NCBI RefSeq assembly: GCF_963921235.1
Contig: NC_086097.1
Location: 188,048,001-188,112,000 of the forward strand
From: Mobula hypostoma
Lineage: Eukaryota
Length of the DNA stretch: 64,000 nucleotides
Direction of reading: 5' to 3'
Shown: positions 13,145-26,399 of the stretch, one piece after another
Layout of the letters: each line of letters opens with the position of its first letter
Numbering within the stretch: position 1 is the stretch's first letter
Made by a program: the position numbers and the translations under genes
Notes under the pieces: model-generated
What the model saw: only the letters and a program-made list of their open reading frames with translations
The model's database searches: none
What the model was told of the DNA's origin: nothing

Positions 13145-14276
13145 TTATATGTTTGCCAATTGCTAATAAAAGATCAATCACTGAAGCAATCATTACAGGA
13201 GTGAGGGCATGTCATGCAAGTATAACAAATCTGTATGATCGCTAGTAGTGGCAACTGTTTTGGTTTTGGTTTGCTACAACAACCACAAATTTACAACTGA
13301 GCTACCAACTTCACATTTATCCTGACCACTGTTTAAGCCTGAACCAATCTGTTTGCAATTTTAGTATTTTGTCTGAAGCTGAAATATGCTTCAAACAAAA
13401 ATAAAAACCATAAATTAGCAGGTGCAGGCCATTTGGCCCATCAGAACTGCTGTGTCATTTAATTAGATTTTTTGACTGTAACCTCAACTTTACATACCTA
13501 TGCGGCCATGATTTTCTTTCACCCTCTTTATAATCTATCAATTTCTGCCATAAAATAATTCAAATGCTATGCTCCATTAACCTTTGAAGAAGAGTTCCAA
13601 AGTCTCACAAACATCTATCAGAAAAAAAAAATCACCTCATCCCAGTGTTCTACTTGCCCCGGTTACATGAATGGACTCTGAGGACAGAAGAGCTATTAAT
13701 GTTGCCCAATTACTTAAAAAGAGGAAAAAGATTCACCCAATAATGATAAGTCATTTATTTTAACTCACTGTAAAGTTATTGAAATCCATTTTAGGAGGAG
13801 CACATCTTTCAATATTAAAAAGAGAAACCAATCAGGGATGGTCAGCATGGCCTAGTTGATGGAATCACCTGTCTATTAACTGAATCTTTTGAGGAGGCAG
13901 CAAGAAGGGTCAACGTGGGCAATGGTTTGGATGCAGACTCTATGGATTTTAGCAAGGCTTTTGACATTTTTGGACTGCCTGCCATGGTAGGCAAGTGAAA
14001 AAAAAACATGGGACTCAATAAACAGTGCCAAATTGGATCGAACAATGGCTTATTGACAGCAGGCAAGCATAATACTTGATGTGTGATTTTGTGATGGAAG
14101 CCTGCAGTGCAGCTCATAGGGTTCAGTAACTAGTCACTTGCTTTTGCGATACATTACTTATTTAGACCTTAATATAAGGGGCATGATAAAGATATTAACA
14201 GATGTTATAAAAATTGTCCGTATGGTTGACAGAGAGGAGAAAACTTCAAATATGGATGGTTCTGGTTGGTTCAATA

Positions 14277-14409
14277 AGTCCTACTGATGGGTCTCAGCCC
14301 AAAACATTGTTTGCATTCTTCTCCATAGATGCTGTCTGGCCTGCCGAGTTCTCCCAGCATTTTGTGTGTGTTGCTTGGATTTCCAGCATTTGCAGCTTTC
14401 CTCGTGTTT
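14277..14409 (+). mobile_element. Short PLE 3'-end remnant inside a decayed CR1 (~13660-14660)
   Basis: agtcctactgatgggtctcagcccaaaac...ccatagatgctg...ttccagcatttgcag, homologous to the PLE tail. Confidence 0.7.
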
Positions 14410-15604
14410 GTGATACGACTACTATGTACAGTTCTATTCACAGTCCTGGAGAACTATGATTGCAGTGAATAGGAGGCAGAAAAAAAAATTTCTTTAAAAC
14501 GCAGACAGTGAAGACAAACATCATTGAAATGTATAAAATTATTTGGGGGTTATAGTGCTGGATGGAGTAAATAGGAAACCCTTAGTGTATTTCCTATATA
14601 ACAGAAGAGTTCTAAAACCAGAGGGAAAAGGTTTAGGTAATTAAAAGGATTAGATATGAGGTTTCTAAATCACAGACAGCAATAATAAACCAATAAAATC
14701 AAGAGTGGATTACATTGCAATAGAAAAGTCAGCATTACATGACCTAATTTATCAGCTATAATATCTCATTGTTCCCTGGGTAGCATAATAATTTCTGTGT
14801 ATTTAACAGATGTTGCTCACAGTAATATTGTTGGAGTGGCTAGTGTTAAAGTGGTTATTTGAGAGTTTAGATCTTCGAGGCTTCAGCGAGGAGAGCCTTG
14901 AGTAAGAGAAGGGGAAAAAAAGCTGTCGATGGATTCATTTTTTCCAGTTTATTTATTGGTTCCTTCTTTATATTTGCACAGTAGCGATACCAGGCAGGAT
15001 AGCTGAAGGCTCCTTTTGTGGGATGTAGGAAAGCAAGGAGACCTCCAGTGTCCCTGACGACTGCAACAGCAAAAATTGCATTCAGCTGCAGCTTCTAACA
15101 CTCCACATTATGGAGCTGAAGCTGGAATTGGATGAACTCTGGATCATTTGGGAGGCTGAGGGAGTGATAGATATGACATATAGAGAGGTAGTTATACCCA
15201 AGGTGCAGGACACTGGGTGACAGTCAGGAAGGGGGTAAACAGCCAATGCAGAGTACCCTCGTGATCATCCTTCTCAACAACAGGTACACCACTTTGGATA
15301 CTGTTGGGGGGCTGGGGCATGAACTAGCAAATGAAAGTGGTCTGGTCTCTGGCACTGAGTCTAGCTTTGTGACGCAGAAGGGAAGATTAGAGAAGAGACG
15401 AGCTGTGGTGATAGGGGATTCATTAGTTAGGAGAACAGAAAGGAGGCTCTGTTAATAACGATGAGATTCCTGGGCAGCATGTTGCCTCTTGGGTGCCAGG
15501 CCCAATATATCTTGGATCGAGTCCTCAGCATTCATAAGTGAGAGGCTGAGCAGCCAGAAGTTGTGGTCTATGTAAATACCAATGATATAGGTAGAAAGGG
15601 GCAA

Positions 15605-16604
15605 AGCAAAATGATGATGGCGCTAAACAGCGACTCCTTTGCTTACATCTTCGGAAACAGCTCCATATTTTTTCTCTTTCAGGGTTTTTTTTTTGAAGAC
15701 CCTGACCTGGAGTTACAAGCTGACTATGGTTCTTTGCAGGAATGGGACCCACTCTCGGGGTTTCACAACTGGCCATTGTTCACACGCTAAGGGCTTGGCC
15801 TAAGAGTTTGGCTTGACTTTGGAGGCCTAGGATCTCAGGGCTCTGGAGATGGGCAGATTGAAAGTTGGTGTCATGGCAGGAGATCTGTGTGTCATTGGGA
15901 AAGTCGGAATATCTACTCTGCGTGCCAGAGACCCGAGATCTTTGGGCACAGAGCTCGAAAAAAGCAACGTAACAGACCTTTAAAATCGTAAACCAGCGAC
16001 TTGTCTGTTATGTCTCCCTGCTCACTGTGAAACGGAGACATCTCTTTCTCCCTTATTAGGGAGAGAGAGAGCCTATAGTATGTTGAATAACAGGTAAAAT
16101 GCAAAGTCTTTGGGGTAACTGTAGATCTGTGTCTTTGCTGTTGCTTTGCTCACGCTTGAGTGCTCAGTGGCGGGTACTGATGCTTTTTTTTGCTGGTAGG
16201 AAGAAGGGAAATCGTTGCTTGTTGCCACTTACATGTGGGAGGGAGGGAAGCTGGGAGGGGTTTGGGGTTCTAACATTTAACTGTCGTTCATTCTTGGAGC
16301 GCTCCTCCGTTTTTGTTTATGTTTGCTGTCACGTACCCCGTGACGGGGATAAAGAAACCAGCAGAAATAGAAAACCACTTTGGAGTCTCGTATTGCTAAC
16401 AACTAATAATATTTATTAGTAACTACGCAATACAGTAATATCAATGTAAATAAATCACACAGGTTAGCAATGATTATATATAAAAGTAAGTGTGGAATAT
16501 ATATGTATGAAAAAACCAAGCTTCTTTAAGTCTAGGGGTAAACAGATACAGTCTTACGATGTTGAGTAAAGTTCAGTTCAGTTCATGGTACTTAGTTGAG
16601 TAGT

Positions 16605-16640
<36 letters not shown>

Positions 16641-17373
16641 GTTGAGTCTTCAGGTGAGCTGATGCCGTTGATCTTCTCGTCGTCCTTCGAAATCCTTTAC
16701 AAGTCACTGACTGTGACTTTAACCAGGGAGACCAGTTTTCCTGTGGTGGAGCTATCACCCCGGCAAGGGTGGACACATAGACAACTCCCCACCAGTCAAC
16801 CCCTTCTCCTACGTTGGAATAGCAATTTGGATCAATCCGCCTGATTGATCCTCCAAAACCCACTTTTCCTGCGGGCACAATAATGCTCATTCAGTGTCCA
16901 GATCATGTGTCTGAGGTCTGTATTATCTGACCTCCTATTTATCTCACCAGGCTGAGCATCACCTGTCATTCAAAGAGTCCCTCCTTCCTTTGTCTGTAAA
17001 GGAAATGCACAAGTAGGCAACAAGTCCTTGAAGAAATATCAACAACCTGCTGAAAATCATAACATTGAGTGTCCATTAAATAACACCGCCTTCGGTCACC
17101 ATAGCAACTTACGAGCTGCTCGGTGCTGTCTCCAACTCCAAACTCAGTAAAAATCCAAAGTTACTTCCAATGCCTTAAAGTGACAGTCCAACCGTTAATC
17201 TTCGTCTCTCTCTCCTTTCCAAACAAACCATCAATGATGAATGTCTCTCTCTGTCTCTCTTCAAACAGTTAATAGGGGCACTCCTGAATCCCCTCACATT
17301 GCAAACAGAAAGCATTTCAGGATGTATATTGTATACATTTCTCTGACATTAAATGTACCTTTGAAACCTTGAA
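15605..17373 (+). mobile_element. Non-coding non-autonomous retroelement (ATGGCGC head, LINE-like (TTGAA)n tail) interrupted by a solo LTR
   Basis: Interrupts CR1 ORF1; ends acattaaatgtacctttgaaaccttgaa; its 3' part resembles the minus-strand element at 41290-41850. Confidence 0.55.
16327..17298 (-). mobile_element. Solo LTR (972 bp), probably Gypsy-type
   Basis: TG...CA ends; 4-bp TSD TTGC at 16323-16326 and 17299-17302; minus-strand AATAAA near 16412; internal (GA)n at ~16609-16636. Confidence 0.8.
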
Positions 17374-18113
17374 GAGTAATGAGGATCGGCAAAGTGAGTC
17401 CATGGAGTTAGGTGCTAAGTTAAAGAACAGGACCTCCAGGGTTTTGATCTCAGGATTGTGACCCATGTCATGACGAATGAGGCCAGAAATAGGAAGATCG
17501 TGCAGTTTAATCTGCGGCTAAAATGTTGGTGTAGAAGGGAAGGCATTAGATTTTGAATTATTGGGCTCTCTTGCAGAGAAGGTGGGAATTGTACAGATCA
17601 GAAGGTTTGCACCTAAAATGAAAGGGAACTAATATCCTAGTGGGAAGGTTTGCTTGTGCTGCATGGGGGTTGGGGTTAAACTAGAGTTGTAGGACCATGG
17701 GAACTAAAGTTCCAGAACAGATAGTGGAGAGGTTATGGAGACAGATGCTGTTAAGACCTCAGACAAAGTCAGGAATCAAAACATTGAGCCACAGAGTGAC
17801 GAATGTTCTGAGCTGCGTATATTTCAATGTAAGAATTGGAGGAAAGACAGATAAGCCAAGGGCATGGATCAACACATGGAATTATGATAGTGTAGCCATT
17901 AGTGAAACTTGGTTGCAGGAGGGGCAGGACTGGCAGCTCAATATTCCGGTGTTCCGCTGTATTAGACGCTACAGAGTAGGAGGGATTGGAGTGGGAAGGG
18001 TGGCGTTGCTAGTCAGGGAAAATGTCATGACGGTGCTCAGTCAGGACAGATGACAGAACTCATCTAGTGAGGCTTTATGTGGGGAACTGACGAATAAGAA
18101 AGGCATGACCACA

Positions 18114-20692
18114 TTATACTTTATTGCCTCCAAACAATTGATACTAGAAACATAGAAAATAGGTGCAGGAGTAGGCCATTTGGCCCTTCGAGCCTGCACC
18201 GCCATTTATTATGATCATGGCTGATCCTCCAACTCAGAACCCCGCCCCAGCCTTCCCTCTATACCCCCTGACCCCCGTAGTCACAAGGGCCATATCTAAC
18301 TCCCTCTTAAATATAGCCAATGAACTGGCCTCAACTGTTTCCTGTGGCAGAGAATTCCACAGATTCACCACTCTCTGTGTGAAGAAGTTTTTCCTAATCT
18401 CGGTCCTAAAAGGCTTCCCCTCTATCCTCAAACTGTGGCCCCTCATTCTGGACTTCCCCAACATCGGGAACAATCTTCCTGCATCTAGCCTGTCCAATCC
18501 CTTTAGGATTTTATACGTTTCAATCAGATCCCCCCTCAATCTTCTAAATTCCGAGTACAAGCCCAGTTCATCCAGTCTTTCTTCATATGAAAGTTCTGCC
18601 ATCCCAGGAATCAATCTGGTAAACCTTCTTCGTACTCCCTCTATGGCAAGGATGTCTTTCCTCAGATTAGGGGACCAAAACTGCACACAATACTCCAGGT
18701 GTGGTCTCACCAAGGCCTTGTACAACTGCAGTAGTACCTCCCTGCTCCTGTACTCGAATCCTCTCGCTATAAATGCCAGCATACCATTCGCCTTTTTCAC
18801 CGCCTGCTGTACCTGCATGCCCACTTTCAATGACTGGTGTATAATGACACCCAGGTCTCGTTGCACCTCTCCTTTTCCTAATCGGCCACCATTCAGATAA
18901 TAATCTGTTTTCCTATTTTTGCCACCAAAGTGGATAACTTCACATTTATCCACATTAAATTGCATCTGCCATGAATTTGCCCACTCACCCAACCTATCCA
19001 AGTCACCCTGCATCCTCTTAGCATCCTCCTCACAGCTAACACTGCCACCCAGCTTCGTGTCATCCGCAAACTTGGAGATGCTGCATTTAATTCCCTCATC
19101 CAATTCATTAATATATATTGTAAACAACTGGGGTCCCAGCACTGAGCCTTGCGGTACCCCACTAGTCACCGCCTGCCATTCTGAAAAGGTCCCGTTTATT
19201 CCCACTCTTTGCTTCCTGTCTGCTAACCAATTCTCCACCCACACCAATACCTTACCCCCAATACCGTGTGCTTTAAGTTTGCACACTAATCTCCTGTGTG
19301 GGACCTTGTCAAAAGCCTTTTGAAAATCCAAATATACCACATCCACTGGTTCTCCCCTATCCACTCTACTAGTTACATCCTCAAAAAATTCTATGAGATT
19401 CGTCAGACATGATTTTCCTTTCACAAATCCATGCTGACTTTGTCCGATCATTTCACCGCTTTCCAAATGTGCTGTTATCACATCCTTGATAACTGACTCC
19501 AGCAGTTTCCCCACCACCGACGTTAGGCTAACCGGTCTATAATTCCCCGGTTTCCCTCTCCCTCCTTTTTTAAAAAGTGGAGTTACATTAGCCACCCTCC
19601 AATCCTCAGGAACTAGTCCAGAATCTAACGAGTTTTGAAAAATTATCACTAATGCATCCACTATTTCTTGGGCTACTTCCTTAAGCACTCTAGGATGCAG
19701 ACCATCTGGCCCTGGGGATTTATCTGCCTTCAATCCCTTCAATTTACCTAACACCACTTCCCTACTAACATGTATTTTGCTCAGTTCCTCCATCTCACTG
19801 GACCCTCTGTCCCCTACTATTTCTGAAAGATTATTTATGTCCTCCTTAGTGAAGTCAGAATCAAAGTAATTATTCAATTGGTCTGCCATGTCCTTGCTCC
19901 CCATAATCAATTCACCTGTTTCTGTCTGCAGGGGACCTACATTTGTCTTTACCAGTCTTTTCCTTTTTACATATCTATAAAAGCTTTTACAGTCCGTTTT
20001 TATGTTCCCTGCCAGTTTTCTCTCATAATCTTTTTTTCCCCTTCCTAATTAAGCCCTTTGTCCTCCTCTGCTGAACTCTGAATTTCTCCCAGTCCTCAGG
20101 TGAGCCACTTTCTCTGGCTAATTTGTATGCTTCTTCTTTGGAATTGATACTATCCCTAATTTCTCTTGTCAGCCACAGGTGCACTACCTTCCTTGATTTA
20201 TTCTTTTGCCAAACTGGGATGAACAATTGTTGTAGTTCATCCACGCAACCTTTAAATGCTTGCCATTGCATATCCACCATCAATCCTTTAAGTGTCATTT
20301 GCCAGTCTATCTTAGCTAATTCACGTCTCATACCTTCAAAGTTACCCCTCTTTAAGTTCAGAACCTTTGTTTCTGAATTAACTATGTCACTCTCAATCAT
20401 ACAATCATCACAGCGATATTTGATTCTGCGCTTCACACTCCCTGGGTTAAAAATATTAAATATTAAAAATAGTAAAAATTAGTAAATATAAAAAATTTAA
20501 ATTATAAATCATAAATAGAAAATAGAAAAATGGCAAGTAAGGCAGTGCAAAAAAACCGAGAGGCAGGTTCGGATATTTGGAGGGTACGGCCTAGATCCGG
20601 GTCAGGATCCGTTCAGCAGTCTTATCACAGTTGGAAAGAAGCTGTTCCCAAATCTGGCTGTACGAGTCTTCAAGCTCCTGAGCCTTCTCCCG
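18114..20692 (-). mobile_element. Rex-like LINE 3' tail fragment (18114-18149 plus 20395-20692) split by a young CR1
   Basis: The two parts join to match the uninterrupted copy at 38699-38952 (tatactttattg...tactagaa|..tacaatcatcacagcgatatttgattctgcgc). Confidence 0.75.
18146..20394 (-). mobile_element. Young 5'-truncated CR1 LINE
   Basis: 558-aa ORF 18234-19910 with intact RT (QHGFVKGKSCLTNL, GVPQGSVLGP, KFADD); upstream frame 20023-20436 separated by a frameshift; (TCTATGTT)n tail. Confidence 0.93.
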
Positions 20693-21807
20693 AAGGAAAG
20701 AGAGACAAAAGGTTAAGGGCTATATTATAGACCACCCAACAGTCTGCAGGACTTAGAGGAACAAATTTGTAGAGAGATCACAGACTGTCGCAAGAAACAT
20801 AAGGTTGTTATAGTTGGTGAGTTTAACTTTTCACATATTGACTGGGACTCCTATACTAAAAGGACTAGATGGGCTAGAGTTTATCAAATATGTTCAGGAA
20901 AGTTTCCTTAATCAGTACATAGAAGTCCCAATGAGAGTTTGTGCGATACTTGATCTACTATTAGAGAATGAGGAAGGCAGGTGACAGAAGTTGGTGTAGG
21001 GAACACTTTGCATCTAGTGGCTATAATAGTATTAGCTTCAAAGTAAATATGGAAAAATGTATTTCTGGTCCACAGGTTGAGATTCTAAATTGCAGTAAGG
21101 CCAATTTTGATGGTATCAGAAAGGATCTGGCAAGTGTAGATTGGGACAGGCTGTTTTCCAGCAAAGGTGTACCTGGTAAGTGGGAGGCCTTCAAAAATGA
21201 AATTTTGAGAGTTAGAAGCTTGGATGTGCCTGTCAGAATAAAAGGTAAAGATAGCAAGTTTAGGGAACCTTGGGTTTCAAGAGATATTGTGGTTCTGGTT
21301 AAGAAAAAAAATGAAGTGCATCGCAGGCATAGGCAGTCCCAAACAAATGAGTTATGGAAACTTATGGAGTATAAAAAATGCAAGAGAATGCTTCAGAAAG
21401 ACACCAGGAGTGTTAAAAGAAGGCATGAGGTTGCCCAGTCAGACAAGGTGAAGGAGAAGTCTAAGGACTTCTACAGCTATGTTAAGAGTAAAACAATTAC
21501 AAGGGACAAAATTGGTCTCCTGGAAGATCAGAACTGTCATCTATACGTGGAGCCAAAAGAGATGGGGCAGATCTTAAATGGATTTCTTTTGCATCTGTAT
21601 TTACTCGGAAGGCAGACACAAAGCCTATAGAAGTGAGGTAATGCAGCGGCCAGATCATAGACCCTATACAGATTACAGAAGAAGAGATGTTCACTGTTTT
21701 GAAGCAAATTAGGGTGGATAAATCCTCAAGGCCTGTCAAGATGTTCCATCAGACCCTATGGGAGGCAAGTGCAGAAACTGCAGGGCCGTAGCAGAGATAA
21801 TCAGATC

Positions 21808-23424
21808 ATCCTGTGAGGACAATATGAGTGAGGTTGATGTTCTGGAGCATGTTGATATTAAGGGAGAGGAGGTGTTGGAGTTGTTACAATACATTAGGAC
21901 AGATAAGTCCCCGGGGCCTGACGGAATATTCCCCAGGCTGCTCCACGAGGCGAGAGAAGAGGTTGCTGAGCCTCTGGCTAGGATTTTTATGTCCTCGTTG
22001 TCCACGGGAATGGTACCAGAGGATTGTTCAAAAAAGGTAGTAGGGATAGTCCGGGTAATTATAGACCAGGGAGCCTTACGTCTGTGGTGGGAAAGCTGTT
22101 GGAAAAGATTCTTAGAGATAGGATCTATAGGCATTTAGAGAATCATGGTCTGATCAGGGACAGTCAGCATGGCTTTGTGAAGGGCAGATCATGTCTAACA
22201 AGCCTGATAGAGTTCTTTGAGGAGGTGACCAGGCATATAGATGAGGGTAGTGCAGTGGATGTGATCTATATGGATTTTAGTAAGGCATTTGACAAGGTTC
22301 CACACAGTAGGCTTATTCAGAAAGTCAGAAGGTATGGGATGCAGGGAAGTTTGGCCAGGTGGATTCAGAATGGGCTTGCCTGCAGAAGACAGAGGGTGGT
22401 GGTGGAGGGAGTACATTCAGATTGGAGGATTGTGACTAGTGGTGTCCCACAAGGATCTGTTCTGGGACCTCTACTTTTCGTGATTTTTATTAACGACCTG
22501 GATGTGGGGGTAGAAGGGTGGGTTGGCAAGTTTGCAGAAGACACAAAGGTTAGTGGTGTTGTAGATAGTGTAGAGGATTGTCAAAGATTGCAGGGAGACA
22601 TTGATAGGATGCAGAAGTGGGCTGAGAAGTGGCAGATGGAGTTCAACCTGGAGAAGTGTGAGGTGGTACACTTTGGAAGGACAAACTCCAAGGCAGGGTA
22701 CAAAGTAAATGGCAGGATACTTGGTAGTGTGGAGGAGCAGCGGGATCTCGGGGTACATGTCCACAGATCCCTGAAAGTTGCCTCACAGGTGGATAGGGTA
22801 GTTAAGAAAGCTTATGGGGTGTTAGCTTTCATAAATCGAGGGATAGAGTTTAAGAGTCGCGATGTAATGATGCAGCTCTATAAAACTCTGGTTAGGCCAC
22901 ACTTGGAGTACTGTGTCCAGTTCTGGTCACTTTACTATAGGAAGGATGTGGAAGCATTGGAAAGGGTACAGAGGAGATTTACCAGGATGCTGCCTGGTTT
23001 AGAAAGTATGCATTATGATCAGAGATTAAGGGAGCTAGGGCTTTACTCTTTGGAGAGAAGGAGGATGAGAGGAGACATGATAGAGGTGTACAAGATAATA
23101 AGAGGAATAGATAGAGTGGATATCCAGCGCCTCTTCCCCAGGGCACCACTGCTCAATACAAGAGGACATGGCTTTAAGGTAAGGGGTGGGAAGTTCAAGG
23201 GGGATATTAGAGGAAGGTTTTTTTACTCAGAGAGTGGTTGGTGCATGGAATGCACTGCCTGAATCAGTGGTGGAGGCAGATACACTAGTGAAGTTTAAGA
23301 GACTACTAGACAGGTATATGGAGGAATCTAAGGTGGGGGCTTATATGGGAGGCAGGGTTTGAGGGTCGGCACAACATTGTGGGCCGAAGGGCCTGTACTG
23401 TGCTGTACTATTCTATGTTCTATG
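21808..23424 (+). mobile_element. 5'-truncated CR1 LINE nested in the older CR1
   Basis: ORFs 21758-22138 and 22024-23262 (RT; FAED variant of FADD); tail ttctatgttctatg. Confidence 0.9.
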
Positions 23425-23720
23425 CCCTTAGCCGCAGCTGAGGTACCAGAGGATTAGATGATAACTAATGTTATTGCACTGTTTAAGAAAAGCTCTAAAA
23501 ATAAATCAGTAAATTAAAAGCCTGATGTCGGTAATAGGAAAGTTATTGGAAGCTATTCTAAGGGACCGGATATATGAGTATTTGGCTAGATAGTGATGGA
23601 TTAGGAATAGCAGCATGGCTTTGTGCATGATAGGTCATGTTTAACCAATCTTCTAGAGTATTTTGAGGAAGTTACCAGGAAAGTTGAAGAAGGCAATTTT
23701 AGCAAGATATTTGACGAGGT

Positions 23721-23813
23721 AACACATGCAAAATGCTGGAGAAGCTCAGCAGGCAGCATCTACGACAAAGGGTAAACAGTCATTGTTTCAGTGTGAGACC
23801 CTTATTTAGGACC
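23721..23813 (-). mobile_element. Short PLE 3'-end remnant inserted in the CR1 RT
   Basis: Interrupts the CR1 FDKVPH-equivalent motif (tttgacgaggt|cccacat); minus strand starts gtcctaaataagggtctcacactgaaacaatgac. Confidence 0.75.
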
Positions 23814-24472
23814 TCCCACATGGGAGGTTGGTCAAGAAGGTTCAGTTGCTTGACATTCAAGATGAGGTCATAAATTGGATTAGACAATGGTTTTGTGGGA
23901 GAAGCCACAGAAGGGCAGTAGATAGTTGTCTCTCTGAATGGAATCCTGTGACTAATGGAGTGCTGCAGGGATCAGTACTGTGACTGTCATTATTTGTTAT
24001 CTATTTCAAAAATCTGGATGATAATGTGGTTACCTAGATCAGCAAATTTGCAGGTGACACCAAGACTGGGCACGTAGTGAACAGTGAGGAAGATTATTAG
24101 AGCTTGCAGCAAGATCTGAACCCCCTGGAAAAATGTTAAATGGAATTTATGCAGACAAGTGCAAGGTATTGCACTTATGTAGGACGAACCAGGGTAGGTC
24201 TTACACAGTGAACAGCTGGGCAGTAAGGACTGTGGTGGAACAAAAGGATTTGGGAATACAAGTCCATAATTCATTGAAAGTGGCATCACAGATAGATAGT
24301 TGTAAAGAAAGCCTTTGCCGCTTTGGTCTTCATGAAGTATTGCGTACAGGAGTTGGAATGTCATGTTGAAACATAGAAAACCTATGGCACCATACAGGTC
24401 CTTCAGCCCACAATGCTGTGCCAAACACCTAGTTGAAGTTGTATAAGATTTTATTGAGGCCTAATTTGGAGT

Positions 24473-25656
24473 TGAATTCATGCAGTGGTGTGAAGCAGGG
24501 CTGTGTGCTTGCCCCAACCCTGTTTGGCATCTTCTTCGCAGTCATGCTGAAGCACGCCTTTGGAACACCAACTGATGGTGTCTACCTCCACACCAGATCG
24601 GACGGGAGGTTGTTCAGTCTGTCCTGGCTGAGGGCAAAAACCAAGGTTCGTGAAATACTCATCAGGGACATGTTGCTTGCAGATGATGCGGTACTGGCAA
24701 CACACTTTGAAGAGCAACTGCAACGCCTCATGGACAGCTTCTCAAGAGCCTGCCAGGACTTCAGCTTGACCATCAGCCAGAAGAAAACCAACATGTTGGG
24801 CCAAGGCGTTGAGCACCGCCCTGCCATTACCATCAACAACTACGAGCTGGAGGTAGTTCACGAGTTTACATACCTTGGCTCCACCATCACAGACAGCCTC
24901 TTCCTAGACCCTGAAATCAATAGATGGATTGGATGAGCAGCCTTAACATTTGCCAGGCTGACAAAGAGAGTCTGGGAGAACAGAAAGCTGACGATGCACA
25001 CCAAAGTTGCAGTCTACAGTGTCTGCATCCTCAGCACACTGCTTTACGGCAGTGAGACCTGGAGCCTCTACTACAGACAAGAGCGGCGTCTCAACGCCTT
25101 CCATCTTCGCAGCCTGAGACACATCCTGGACATCACGTGGACTGACCGAGTCACCAACAATGAGGTCCTGGCCCGCACCCAGATACCCAGCCCCTTCACT
25201 CTGCTCCAACAACGCCGTCTCCGCTGGCTGGGCCACGTACACTGCATGTCAGACGGGAGGATCCCGAAAGACCTGCTGTACGGGGAACTGGCCTCCGGTA
25301 AGAGAGCACAAGGCGCGGCCCCATCTTCGTTTCAAAGACGTTTGCAAGACAGACATGAAATCGAGAGGTGGGAGGACATTGCAAGCGATCACTCTCACTG
25401 AAGGCTGGAACTACGCAGAGGTCTGAAAAGAGGAGAAGAGAAGCTGAGGATTGCTGCTGAAGAAAAGCGCACTCGTCGAAAAAACAGCACCAAGACAACA
25501 CTGGAGGAGAGCGCCTTCAAGTGCAGTCGCTGTAGCCGAGACTGTCACTCCCGCGTGGGCCCCTACAGCCACAAAAGACGCTGCTCTAACACAGACTGAA
25601 GCAAGACTTTCCAGGTGCAGATCCGTGGCCTCGCAAGACTAACGGATGCCACCACA
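24473..25656 (+). mobile_element. RTE-clade LINE 3' fragment with 11-bp TSD
   Basis: GVKQGCVLAPTLF, RSDGRLF, LLADD, FTYLGS, LRWLGHV and a terminal C2H2-like motif; TSD taatttggagt at 24462-24472 and 25657-25667. Confidence 0.9.
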
Positions 25657-26399
25657 TAATTTGGAGTACTGTGTGCAATTTTGATCACCTATCTACAGGA
25701 AATATGTAAATAGGGTTGAAAGTGTAAGAGAAAATTTACAAGGATAGAATGAATAGGTTAGGACTTTACTCTTTGGAACATAGAAGATTGAGGGGAGGTT
25801 TGATACTGGTATACAAAGTTATGAGGGCTACAGATCAGGTTATAGAGCAAGAAGGCTATATCTACTGAGGTTGGGTGAGACTATAACTAGAGGTCATGGG
25901 TTAAGGGTGAAGGTGAAATGTTTAAGGGAAATTGAAGGGAAACTTCTTCATTCAGAGGGTGGTGAGAATGTGGAACAAGCTGCCAGCGCAAGTGGTGCAT
26001 GCAAGCTCAATTTCAACATTTAAGCGAAGTTTAGATAGGTACATGAATGGAAGAAGTATGGGAGGCTATGGTCCGGGTGCAAATCGTTAGGTCTAGGCAA
26101 TTTAAATGGTTTGGCACAGACTAGATGTTCCAAAGGGCTTGTTTCTGTGTTGTACGTTACTATGACTCTAAACAATAGTGTTGAATTGTGCCATTTGTGG
26201 CCATTGGTTCTGAACCGATCAGGTGTTCAAATGCTCAAAATGAAATACATTTAGACCTGCTCAACTCTGCAGTGCATTCAAAAATAATGACAGGTTCAAC
26301 TCCCAAATCTATCAACTTGCTCAATTACCCCATGGGCCAATGTTGCTGTGATTCTGCAGCACAATAGCAAGGAATCACCAATTGGATCCTTTGTCCACA

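Larger units (their letters stand above)
14850..26170 (+). mobile_element. Originally full-length old CR1 LINE, split into about 7 segments by nested insertions
   Basis: Collinear pieces: ORF1 Cys motif and VVIGDSLVR esterase (14990-15600); rest of esterase and APE start AISETWL (17373-18113); APE/linker (20705-21805); RT (23425-24472); 3' end with ctatgactcta tail (25657-26170). Confidence 0.8.

Noticed and set aside
18211..19323. Antisense ORFs over CR1, Rex and PLE copies (also 3172-3597, 37793-38197, 49875-50692)
   Set aside because: Shadow frames of retroelement RT sequence that recur in every copy.
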